A stretch of DNA of 24,992 bases, taken from positions 1 through 24,992 of the forward strand of contig JAUQYZ020000252.1 in NCBI GenBank assembly GCA_030587475.2. The letters are read 5' to 3'. The notes under the pieces were generated by a model. The model was given only the letters and a program-made list of their open reading frames with translations, had not been told where the DNA came from and ran no database searches. The DNA comes from Candidatus Sigynarchaeum calidifontis (GTDB taxonomy: Archaea; Asgardarchaeota; Lokiarchaeia; Sigyniarchaeales; Sigyniarchaeaceae). Shown here in pieces: positions 1 to 8,691 of this stretch. Position numbers and translations under genes: made by a program. Position 1 is the stretch's first letter. Every line of letters starts with the position of its first letter.

Positions 1-1
1 G

Positions 2-103
2 TTTCTATCAAGGATCCTGTTCATTACAGAACGTGGGGACCGCTTGTGGCAAAAGGATGTCGTTTACTATAACAGAATACTGCAGATCAAGGCGAGCACG
101 TAA
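2..103 (+). CDS. Possible 3' end of an upstream gene (partial, unknown product)
   Basis: Frame 2 is open from the window edge to TAA at 101-103 (FLSRILFITERGDRLWQKDVVYYNRILQIKAST). No recognisable motif. Confidence 0.25.
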   Translation, partial: FLSRILFITERGDRLWQKDVVYYNRILQIKAST

Positions 104-430
104 GATTCATACCATTCCAGATCATGGACAAGGTCTAGTGGCATGTCACAACGGCCTGAAGATAAAAAACCATAGATCCATCTCAATCCCCCCGTTCGGA
201 CCTCGCGCGACGTGTTCAGAGCAGTCTCATCTCGGAGAGGATCTTATCGATGTCATCGAACCTGAATAGCCTTTTCAAGAAGCCGGCCGCGCCGCGAACT
301 GTCTTGGGTCGCCGGTTCACGATCGGATCTTCTAATGCCAAGGTAACTAGAATTAATTCAGACACGGAGAATATCTGACTATCGATGATTTAGTAATTAC
401 CGGATGAGAAAAACATCCCGAGGCTCGACC

Positions 431-934
431 ATGGACGTCGTGGGGCTCAAAATCGCCATTATCGGTGATCAAGGGGTCGGAAAGACATCGCTCGTGCTGC
501 GGTACACCAAGAACACGTTCCCCGAGAGTTACATGCCCACGCTGGGTGCTGACTTCTCCGTGAAGGAGGAAAGCCTGGCGAACGGCAAGAAAGTACAGCT
601 ATATCTCTGGGATCTCGCTGGGAACCCGACCTTCAAGGTGATGCGGCAGTATTACCTGGCCGGGTCGCACGTCATCCTCGTGTGCTTCGCGGTCGACGAC
701 CCCCGCTCCTTCCAGTCTGCCAGGACGACCCTCAAGGAAATATCCCGGGACCGGTCGCGGAACTTGCACGTGATCGTCGTCGGCACGAAGGGCGACTTGA
801 AGGATCTCGTGAATAAAGCCGAGATCGACGCGCTGTGCAAGGCCGAAGGCTTGCCGTACGTACGCACCAGCGCGAAAACGGGGGAAAACGTGCACGCGCT
901 CTTTATAAAAGCGGCCACTACTGCCATTCCTTGA
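431..934 (+). CDS. Rab/Ras-like small GTPase
   Basis: G1 GDQGVGKT, switch I YMPTLGADF (Rab-like), G3 WDLAG, G4 TKGD, G5 TSAKTG. ATG 431 gives a typical G-domain N-terminus; ATG 404 is an alternative. No C-terminal cysteines. Confidence 0.93.
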   Translation: MDVVGLKIAIIGDQGVGKTSLVLRYTKNTFPESYMPTLGADFSVKEESLANGKKVQLYLWDLAGNPTFKVMRQYYLAGSHVILVCFAVDDPRSFQSARTTLKEISRDRSRNLHVIVVGTKGDLKDLVNKAEIDALCKAEGLPYVRTSAKTGENVHALFIKAATTAIP

Positions 935-1083
935 ATCTTTTTACGCCGGCGGGAGCTTTCCTCGTCTTGCATTTCGTGGGGATCTTGTTCATCGTGGATT
1001 TGCTTATATTGCTCCAGATCGTCGTGATCGTTATTCCATTGCGGGTTGATGCAAAGCGCGCCATCAGCGATGCTGCTGGCTGA
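931..1083 (+). CDS. Putative 50-aa single-pass membrane microprotein
   Basis: TTG at 931 overlaps the GTPase stop (TTGA). Encodes the hydrophobic run AFLVLHFVGILFIVDLLILLQIVVIVIPL followed by RVDAKR. No homology evidence. Confidence 0.3.
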   Translation: MNLFTPAGAFLVLHFVGILFIVDLLILLQIVVIVIPLRVDAKRAISDAAG

Positions 1084-1126
1084 TGCTTGATGGCATCCGT
1101 ACAAGTATGCGAGGGCATGCGGATCG

Positions 1127-1133
1127 TTTAAAA
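1127..1133 (+). promoter_or_regulatory. Candidate TATA box for apgM
   Basis: TTTAAAA about 50-75 bp upstream of the probable apgM starts. Confidence 0.4.
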
Positions 1134-1181
1134 GTGGTTCTGCTGTATGTTCACTCCCACCATCTTCGAAGAGTTGCTATT

Positions 1182-2462
1182 ATGAATTTATTCGGGGCGA
1201 TCGTGTTTCCGAGACCGAGCAACTACAAGATCATGCTGATCATCCTCGACGGGCTCGCGGACGTGCCTGTCGACAGCCTGGGGAACAAGACCCCGCTCGA
1301 GTACGCGGAAAAGCCCAATCTTGATGCCCTCGCCAAGCGCGGCCAGTGCGGGATGGTCTGGCCGTACGTGCCGTGGGCACCGCTTGGTTCCGGCCCAGCG
1401 CATCTCGCGCTGTTTGGATACGATCCCTTCCAGACGTACATCGGGCGGGGCCCCCTGGAAGCGCTCGGGGAGGGCGTTCCGACCGACGAGGGGGACGTGA
1501 TCGTCCGGCTGAATTTTGCAACCGTGGACACATCGACGGGAGTCGTGATCGACCGCCGGGCCGGCAGGATCGACCAAGCCGACTCGGCCATGCTTTACAA
1601 GTACCTCAACGGCGCCATGGAGCACGAGCGTGACGGCATGTCCTGGCAAGTGCATGCCACCATGGGACACCGGGGCGTCATAACGATCAAGAACGCGTCG
1701 CCATGGATCGACAGCTCGGATCCCCGCGCGAACCCCCAAGGCCGGGAGACCGTCCGCGTCATCCAGCCCACGATGGACGACCCCCTTTCCAAAAAAACGG
1801 CGGAGTTTATGAACTGGTTCTCTCGTGAATCGCAAAAATTACTCGTGAACCACCCGTACAACAAGGAGCTGGTAGCGAAGGGCCTAGTACCAGCCAATTA
1901 TTTGCTCAGCCGCGGTGCCGGGACTATCAAGTTCCCCGAGCCCTTCGCAACGCGGTACAAGCTTGCGAACCCCGCGTTCATCTCGGGCTACCCGCTGTAC
2001 CGCGGCCTCGCCAGGCTCCTCGGCATCGAGGCCATCATGCCGGACGAGGAAACCATCCCGAAAAAATTCGAGAAAGCGGCAGAGATCTTCAAGCAAGACC
2101 GCGATATCACGATATTGCACGTTAAGGATACCGACGTGGCTGGCGAGGATGGCGATGCACTTGGAAAGGTGCGCATCATCGAGGAAATTGATAAAAGCTT
2201 GGCGATGATTTTGGACGTGATGGATGGCCAGGACACCATCCTGGTCACGGGCGACCACGCGACCCCGGTGAAAGTATTGGATCATTCCGGCCATCCCGTC
2301 CCGATCCTGGCTTGCGGGCCGTTCACTGGCCACGATGGCGACCTGGTATCGGGCTTCAACGAGAAAGCGTGCGCGAGGGGATCGCTCGGAAACTTCCGGT
2401 CAGTATACGTGATGAACTTGATGCTCATGCTCACGTTACGGTTGAGCACGTTCGGCGCGTGA
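1182..2462 (+). CDS. apgM: Archaeal-type 2,3-bisphosphoglycerate-independent phosphoglycerate mutase (alkaline phosphatase superfamily)
   Basis: ILDGLAD, KTPLEYAEKPNLD, GSGPAHLALFGYDP, GRGPLEALG, DRRAGRI, HVKDTD, TGDHATP, HSGHPVP and terminal FGA. The start is probably ATG 1182 or GTG 1203, not 1083. Confidence 0.88.
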   Translation: MNLFGAIVFPRPSNYKIMLIILDGLADVPVDSLGNKTPLEYAEKPNLDALAKRGQCGMVWPYVPWAPLGSGPAHLALFGYDPFQTYIGRGPLEALGEGVPTDEGDVIVRLNFATVDTSTGVVIDRRAGRIDQADSAMLYKYLNGAMEHERDGMSWQVHATMGHRGVITIKNASPWIDSSDPRANPQGRETVRVIQPTMDDPLSKKTAEFMNWFSRESQKLLVNHPYNKELVAKGLVPANYLLSRGAGTIKFPEPFATRYKLANPAFISGYPLYRGLARLLGIEAIMPDEETIPKKFEKAAEIFKQDRDITILHVKDTDVAGEDGDALGKVRIIEEIDKSLAMILDVMDGQDTILVTGDHATPVKVLDHSGHPVPILACGPFTGHDGDLVSGFNEKACARGSLGNFRSVYVMNLMLMLTLRLSTFGA

Positions 2463-2477
2463 GCCAGGCGAGCGGAC

Positions 2478-4895
2478 TTACCCGCGTGTGAAGTCCGTAA
2501 CGACCGTCAACGTCACGACCTCGCCCTTTCGCAAGGCCAGTCGCTTGAATCGCTCCCCCAAGGGTGATGCGATTACCAGCATGGATCCAGGGGACGCGTT
2601 GATCAACGACACGTGGCCGGGTAACTGGAGCGTGATCGTGTTGTCGATGCGTGGCTCGAGATTGATAATGAGGTGCATTTGCTCGACGTTCCACTCGATT
2701 GACAAGACAACGCCGGCGCGCGTGGCAACGCCGTGTATATTGCCACGACGCCACTTAGCAGGGAGCGCGGGAAGTATGGATATCTCGTTTTCCCGAGAGA
2801 ACACGAGCATTTCAAGAACTCCAGCAACGATCCCGAAGTTTGCATCGATTTGGAACAATTTATCGATGAAGTCCCAGTAAAGCGTGAGGCCCATGTGCCG
2901 CCAATCGTTATGGTACGTGAACAGGTTCGGGCCGACGCATGACCTGACGATCGTCTCGATGCAGCCGAGCGCGTGGTCGCCGTCGTGGAGTCGTGCCCAG
3001 ATGTTGCTCATGTGCGCGAGCGACCAGCCTGTTTGCGATTCCTGGCCGATGACGAGCCGCTTCTCGACCGCCACCCGGCACGCGGCGTAAAGGCGGGGAT
3101 CGCTTTCCCGCGTGATCTCCAGCCCGGGGAACAATGGATAGATGTGTGACAAGTGTCGGTGGTGATAATTATCCGGAAGACGCGGGTCGAGCCATTCTTT
3201 CATGGCACCATCCGCATTGACCTCGTACGATGGGAGCTTGGCGAGAAGAGCCTTCCACCTGGCAACACCTCCGGGTTCTATACCAAGCCGCTCGCAACCA
3301 GCAATCAGCGATGACAGCACCTCCCGGGCGACCGCGACGTCCATTGTCGCGTTGACCGTGGCGAGGCACCCGCCCTTGACTGACGGGACGTTTTCCGGCG
3401 ACAGCGACGGGCTGAAGACGACCTTCCCGCCCGGGCCCTCGACCAGGAAGTCCTCGTAGAACGTGGCCACCTCGCGGAGGTATGGAATGGCCCTGTCGCG
3501 CAGGAACGCGTCGTCCCGGGTAAATCGCCAGTAATCGTAAAATAGCTGCCCCAGCCAACCCGCGCCGGACACCCAGTTCAGCCATGGGCCGCCATAGAGC
3601 GGCGCTTTCCCCTTCACGGTCTGGGCGATGGGCGCGAAGATGCCGCGGCAGCCGTACAGCGCGCGGGCATTGCGCCGGTACTCGGGAAGGCAGGCCTCGT
3701 AGAAATCGAAGTACGGGAGCGTCATTTCGCGTAGATTACCTGGCAACGCCGCCCAGTAGTTCATCTGGACGTTCTCGTCGTTGTGGTAATCCGATGCCCA
3801 CGGCGGGACGTAGTACCCGTTCCAAATACCTTGCAAGTTGGCCGGCCAGCCGCCCGGCCTGGAGCTGCATATGAGCAAGTACCGGCCGTAGAGAAACATG
3901 CGCTCGACCAGCGCTGTCGGCACGTTGCCGTTGTAGGCGTCGAGAAGCAGCTGCTCGTTCGACTTCTCCCGATCCGCCGGTTCGGCACCCAGGTCGATCG
4001 CCAGGCGATTGAACAGGGGCTGGTGGAGTTCAATATGCAATTTCAAGAGGGCATCGTAAACCGAAGCCCCGCGTGCGAGAGATGCCAGCTCCGCCTCGAT
4101 GCGGGGGATCGCGCTTGCCGCGGCCTCGTTAGTGAAAAGCTTGATGATGACGAGGACCTCCCTGGCCTTGTCGACCTCCATCCGCCCGGCGACGGTGAAG
4201 ACCTGCCCGCCCGGCGCGACGACGTGTCCGACGCCCCCGAACTGGCCACCGCTCTTGTAAGTGCCCGTGACGTGGAACCAGCCAGGCCTCATCGTGGTCT
4301 CGAACGTGATCGGTATATCGTCCCACGTGTACCGCTTGTCCTTGGTATGCGCGTTTTGCTCGACCAACGGGCATTTCTCGGCCACCAGCTTGCAGCCCAC
4401 GCTTCCCGAATCGCTCGAGATCTGCAAGCAAAACAGGTCGGCCTCGCGGGACACGAAGCACCGGCGCGTGTACCTGGCCCGCTCCTCCATCCACGAGACC
4501 CGCGCCTCGCCCGTGGCCATGTCGAGCTCCCGCCGGTACGCCGTGAACGGCGCAGACGGGGCCATGTCGACCCGCACGATGAACGCGGGATGGTAGTTGT
4601 CCTTGTGCACCTGACTGGCGTCGTAACCTTTCTCCCTGAGCATGAAGTCGAGGAACATGTCCGAGAACGACCACTCGCCGTTCGCAAGCATTTCGCGTAG
4701 TTCTTGCACCGTGCTGCTGATATCCGGTGGTTCGGGCTTTTCGTGGTAGATCCAGAGGCTCTCGTGGTTCAAGATGATCGTCTCGTGGCAGATGTTCCCG
4801 TAGACGAGAGCGCCGGTGCTGCCGTTCCCTAGGGGAATCGCATCCTCCCACCGGGTCGCCGGCTGGATGCAGTGCAAGGTCGTGGGTGTTGTCAT
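2478..4895 (-). CDS. Glycoside hydrolase family 95 (alpha-L-fucosidase-like)
   Basis: WEDAIPLGNG N-terminus, YGRYLLICSSRPG, PANLQGIWN, QMNYW, PSLSPEN, MKEW, HRHLSHIY and FQIDANFG are GH95 hallmarks. No signal peptide. Confidence 0.93.
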   Translation of the reverse strand: MTTPTTLHCIQPATRWEDAIPLGNGSTGALVYGNICHETIILNHESLWIYHEKPEPPDISSTVQELREMLANGEWSFSDMFLDFMLREKGYDASQVHKDNYHPAFIVRVDMAPSAPFTAYRRELDMATGEARVSWMEERARYTRRCFVSREADLFCLQISSDSGSVGCKLVAEKCPLVEQNAHTKDKRYTWDDIPITFETTMRPGWFHVTGTYKSGGQFGGVGHVVAPGGQVFTVAGRMEVDKAREVLVIIKLFTNEAAASAIPRIEAELASLARGASVYDALLKLHIELHQPLFNRLAIDLGAEPADREKSNEQLLLDAYNGNVPTALVERMFLYGRYLLICSSRPGGWPANLQGIWNGYYVPPWASDYHNDENVQMNYWAALPGNLREMTLPYFDFYEACLPEYRRNARALYGCRGIFAPIAQTVKGKAPLYGGPWLNWVSGAGWLGQLFYDYWRFTRDDAFLRDRAIPYLREVATFYEDFLVEGPGGKVVFSPSLSPENVPSVKGGCLATVNATMDVAVAREVLSSLIAGCERLGIEPGGVARWKALLAKLPSYEVNADGAMKEWLDPRLPDNYHHRHLSHIYPLFPGLEITRESDPRLYAACRVAVEKRLVIGQESQTGWSLAHMSNIWARLHDGDHALGCIETIVRSCVGPNLFTYHNDWRHMGLTLYWDFIDKLFQIDANFGIVAGVLEMLVFSRENEISILPALPAKWRRGNIHGVATRAGVVLSIEWNVEQMHLIINLEPRIDNTITLQLPGHVSLINASPGSMLVIASPLGERFKRLALRKGEVVTLTVVTDFTRG

Positions 4896-5109
4896 GTTCC
4901 TCGGTCCTTGCTAGGCCGTGGCGAAAATAAGCAGAACGGTTGCCTACTTGCGACAGAGCCCCCGAACCTTCGTCGCGGAGAGAACGAGCAAGATGCCGAC
5001 TTGCTCGGTGGTGACGATTACATGACCGCACTGACCTCGAACCATCTACACCGGAATATCGCCTTGGCTCGTTTCAATGGCGAACAAATTGCTGGCATAG
5101 AACAATGCC

Positions 5110-5145
5110 ATGGTGTCCGAACGTGCGGATGGTATCCGAACGTGC
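5110..5145. repeat. 17-bp direct repeat, 2 copies, 1 mismatch
   Basis: atggtgtccgaacgtgc (5110-5126) and atggtatccgaacgtgc (5129-5145). Confidence 0.85.
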
Positions 5146-5229
5146 ATATGAGGATGATGGGAGAAAGGTTAGAAAAAATGCTGTTTCAGAAGTTTATTTC
5201 GAGTTCTATCAATGAAAATGCCAGCATTC

Positions 5230-5904
5230 TTAACCTCGATATCCGGTATTCGCACATCGAGGCTGGAATTGCGGGCAGATGTTCGTTTCTTGTACCAAGC
5301 CCGCGTTCTTGTCGAACATGGCGATGTAATCATCTTTCGTTCTCACGGCGAGATATTCTGTCTTGCACTCGCGAAAGCAGGCCATCGAACCGAAGAGCCT
5401 TTGACCCCCGTAGAAATAATCCGAGAAGGCACAACCGAAGCAATTCAAGAAGTAGTGCCCAGCAGGCAGCTGTTTTTTCAGATCTAGCAGTTCCGTCTCG
5501 AACAAGCTTCCAGATCCGCGCGAGTGGAAGTGCCATTCGCCATAGATTAATTCAAGCTTCACGATTTCCGAGATGATGCCCCCGTCGCGTGCCGGCATCC
5601 CGAGGTGAACTGCCACGTGCAGCGTGCCAAGGAAACGGCCCGGGGCGGGCGTCGAAGTGCAGATGACCTGGGGCATATCACACGCGATCATGCAGCCGCA
5701 CAAGTCTCGCCCGTTCAGCGTGAAGTGCACGAGGTTCGATGGATCGGTCCCGAAGGGCGGCTCGAGCGCATCGAAGTCTTTCCCGCTGAAATGAATGTCC
5801 CGGATCGTCACGACGAGCGTTCTACCATCGTTGAACAGGGGTGCATGCTCGGTGCCGTGGCCATCCGCGTAGGTGGCCGGATACGCGTGCCAAGCGGGCT
5901 CCAT
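5230..5904 (-). CDS. Conserved hypothetical Cys-rich protein, DUF6304-like
   Basis: CFGCAFSDY, FGSMACFR, VQETNICPQF and terminal TGYRG resemble a bacterial DUF6304-type family (recalled, not searched). GGTG precedes the ATG. Confidence 0.7.
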   Translation of the reverse strand: MEPAWHAYPATYADGHGTEHAPLFNDGRTLVVTIRDIHFSGKDFDALEPPFGTDPSNLVHFTLNGRDLCGCMIACDMPQVICTSTPAPGRFLGTLHVAVHLGMPARDGGIISEIVKLELIYGEWHFHSRGSGSLFETELLDLKKQLPAGHYFLNCFGCAFSDYFYGGQRLFGSMACFRECKTEYLAVRTKDDYIAMFDKNAGLVQETNICPQFQPRCANTGYRG

Positions 5905-6074
5905 TTTTTTTCACCACTTAGATGATCTCTCCTGCGTTTGCATTCCAGAAATGCCGTGTCGATTAGAAAATGACATGATTGCTATCGATTAAGTTAATTC
6001 CTTTCCGGCCAAGGGGCATCCATGAATGGTCAAGAACGCTTTTACAAGGCGCTCGTGCGGGAACCTGTCGACAA

Positions 6075-6102
6075 GCAAGTGTCCATTGCAAGTGTCCATT
6101 GC
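6075..6102. repeat. 13-bp perfect tandem repeat
   Basis: gcaagtgtccatt x2 (6075-6087, 6088-6100) plus gc, in intergenic DNA. Confidence 0.85.
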
Positions 6103-6170
6103 GCTTGTAAGCAAGCATGATGGGAACGCGCGACACGTGGGCGCTCGCGTTAACGACATTCATTCCCTTA

Positions 6171-8660
6171 TCACGCGTTGTCTTGTCCCGTCTTCACATC
6201 ATTTTCCGGTTTGGCTGTTAACTTCTTGGATATGCTGTGACGAATGCTATAGGACACGCCAGCCAAACCAACCACGAGCACGGCGACCACGTACGAGACG
6301 TAGATGATGATGATGTGGTCGAGCGTGAAAAATGACGGGTCGATCCAGAAAAACGCGACAACCGACAGGAGAATCCCATAAAGCGCGATGGAAAAATAAT
6401 TCCCGACCCATTGTTCCCGGGTCGTCTTCGTGAAGAAAATCTTGAAGTCCTTGAAAAACTCGAGCAGATACACTCTCGGCGGCTTCCCACTCTCGACCGG
6501 TCCAAGGGCAGGCATGGCGGGTCCCGCCTTCGCCTTTGCGCTCTTGAAGTCGCTGATCTGGCGCTCGATGAGCAGCTCGACGCTCTGGACGAACGGGATG
6601 GCAGCATCGATGGGATGCTTGTTATGCAACTTGACCGTGCGCTTGGACGCCCGGATGCCGAGATCCGTGAGCTGGATGAGCATCTTGACGAGGGGCTTTG
6701 ATGGCCCCGAGAGGGTGTACACTTTTAGGAATATGAGGAAGCCGAAGTCGTCCCACCCGCCGAAAAACGCGTAGAGGAAGAAAAACAAGATGAGGGACGT
6801 GAACACGGCGAAGAGCAGCGTGATGAGAATGGCAAAGATCTGCCCCCACTCGGCAGCGATGGACGGTGCCGCCGCAGCATCGAACAAGCTCACGAGATTG
6901 AAGACCATGGACTCGCTCGCGGGCTGGAGGTATGGGATGTGCACGAGAAAGAGCCAGCTCAAGCTGATGGGGAGGATGGCCAGGGCGGATAGCGCGGGGG
7001 CGACCAAGCCTTGCCAGCCCGGGATCTTGACGTGGAACGAGTGCAGCTCGCAAAATATCCACCGGATGAACAAGTACGCCAGGAAGGAGCCGATGCCCGC
7101 GAACGTGTAGAGCATGACGATGCCGTTCAGTCCCTGGTCTTGCCAGCGGAGGACGCCAAGGTTGAACCACAGCCAGAGGGTGCCCGACAGCGTGGCAGCG
7201 AGCTCGTAGAGGGTCTTCGCCGTCGGGTGGTCCGTGCCCACGATGATGTCGTCGAACTTTTCTTGCTGGCACTCGATGATCTTCCAGCACAGCATGGGCA
7301 CGATGAACGGGACTGCCAGGAGATACTGCTCGGCGACTTGCAGCTTGAGCAACGCGCCCATGAGCACGGGCAAGTAGACACCGAGCAATGCAAGGAACAT
7401 GACCATCAACATGAACATCCACTTGTATGCATTGGCGAAATAGTACTGCGCGAGTTCCGTTTTCTTGTTCAGGTAGGCCTCGGCCATGGCCGCCTTGAGG
7501 TTGAGCCACTTGCCGACCATTACGATGCCGCTCAGGAGATCCGACACGCCCGCTATCGTGTTCCAGTGCTGGTACTGCGGGAGAAGCGTGATCCACATTA
7601 GCAAGTGCACGAACGACAGGGCGGCGCCGATCATGCCCGGGATGGACAGCTGGAAGCCCCACCAGAGCGAGGTCTTGACGATGCTCATGTCGATGTGGTC
7701 ACGCCTGAAGCAGTCCCTGGCGCTGATGCCCATCGGTTTCATAACCCGGCTGAAGAAATACATGCCCACGGCCATGCTGATGAAATCGTCGACATACTTG
7801 CCAAGTGCAGCGCCGAGCGCGCAGCCCATGAGGTCGCCCATGGGCACGTAGTTCTGGCCGATCCAGCGGAACGTGAGGATGAAGATGATCTGCGTGGCGA
7901 ACTCGAACACGCGGCCGCCCAGGAATTCCAAGATGTTGTCATATTTGAATTGCTGCAACCCCCGCAGCGCCTCGTGGAAATAGCCCAGCATCCCCGGATA
8001 CTGTTTCTGGCAAATGATGAGAAAGAGCCACGCCAGATATTCCATGTTGGAACCGCGAAGCGCGTATAGCACCATCGATGAGACGAAAGTGACTTGAACG
8101 AGCCCCGTGGTCATTTGATACCATATATAAAACTGCAGGAAGCCAAGCATCTTTCTCGGGTTCTTTATACGATATTCCCCGATGAATCGCTCGAGCCCGT
8201 ACCTCGTGCCAATGTCAAAGTAGAAATAAACCATCGCAAAGAAGCGCTCGGCGATCCCGATGTAGCCGGTGGCAGACGGGTAGGGCACGAAGATCAAGAT
8301 GTACAGCGGGAGCAAGAGCGCCCCGACGAAGAAACCGACGATCTCTATGCCCCAGTCGTAGAAGAATCCGCCGAGGACGCGCTGGTACCCGATCGTATCC
8401 CAACCCTTCACGTTGGCAACTGAAGCCTTGATCTTGGAGAAATCCTCCTTGGAAATGTCCGGGTTCTCCTTCTCGTACTTGTCCCAGTCGATCCTTTGCC
8501 CCTTGAACAAGTCCAACGCTGCCTGGGTAAACGATTCTTGATCCCCGAGCTGGTTGAGGGCTACCTTGACTGATCGCGACATCGGGATGGCCTTGCTCGA
8601 CGGAACGGGTGATGCCTTTTTTACATCCGGCCTGGTTTTTAATAAAGATGATTCCAGCAC
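6171..8660 (-). CDS. Large polytopic membrane protein, possibly MOP-superfamily flippase/exporter-like
   Basis: 829-aa ORF with well over a dozen hydrophobic helices. FDIGTRYGLERFIGEY resembles the DxGx...RF segment of flippases. The family call is inference. Start GTG 8660 or a later ATG. Confidence 0.6.
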   Translation of the reverse strand: MLESSLLKTRPDVKKASPVPSSKAIPMSRSVKVALNQLGDQESFTQAALDLFKGQRIDWDKYEKENPDISKEDFSKIKASVANVKGWDTIGYQRVLGGFFYDWGIEIVGFFVGALLLPLYILIFVPYPSATGYIGIAERFFAMVYFYFDIGTRYGLERFIGEYRIKNPRKMLGFLQFYIWYQMTTGLVQVTFVSSMVLYALRGSNMEYLAWLFLIICQKQYPGMLGYFHEALRGLQQFKYDNILEFLGGRVFEFATQIIFILTFRWIGQNYVPMGDLMGCALGAALGKYVDDFISMAVGMYFFSRVMKPMGISARDCFRRDHIDMSIVKTSLWWGFQLSIPGMIGAALSFVHLLMWITLLPQYQHWNTIAGVSDLLSGIVMVGKWLNLKAAMAEAYLNKKTELAQYYFANAYKWMFMLMVMFLALLGVYLPVLMGALLKLQVAEQYLLAVPFIVPMLCWKIIECQQEKFDDIIVGTDHPTAKTLYELAATLSGTLWLWFNLGVLRWQDQGLNGIVMLYTFAGIGSFLAYLFIRWIFCELHSFHVKIPGWQGLVAPALSALAILPISLSWLFLVHIPYLQPASESMVFNLVSLFDAAAAPSIAAEWGQIFAILITLLFAVFTSLILFFFLYAFFGGWDDFGFLIFLKVYTLSGPSKPLVKMLIQLTDLGIRASKRTVKLHNKHPIDAAIPFVQSVELLIERQISDFKSAKAKAGPAMPALGPVESGKPPRVYLLEFFKDFKIFFTKTTREQWVGNYFSIALYGILLSVVAFFWIDPSFFTLDHIIIIYVSYVVAVLVVGLAGVSYSIRHSISKKLTAKPENDVKTGQDNA

Positions 8661-8691
8661 CGCGCGATGGCTTCGAATTCTCGTTAGGGTC

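Noticed and set aside
652-1104. Acidic minus-strand ORF (NNDHDDLEQYKQIHDEQD...)
   Set aside because: It overlaps 280 bp of the GTPase antisense and has no motif. Kept only as the alternative explanation for the hydrophobic plus-strand frame.
1083-1181. N-terminal extension of ApgM in the ORF track
   Set aside because: It spans a TATA-like box, and family similarity only begins near YKIMLIILDG, so a later start is more likely.
5090-5226. 9-bp inverted repeat tgctggcat/atgccagca as possible MITE ends
   Set aside because: Too short, with no target-site duplication, no second copy and no transposase.
3783-5576. Long alternative-frame ORFs over the GH95 and DUF6304-like genes
   Set aside because: Arg/Pro/Ala-rich shadow ORFs typical of GC-rich coding DNA.
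5110-6102. Short direct repeats as CRISPR remnants
   Set aside because: Only two copies each, no spacers of CRISPR length and no cas genes.
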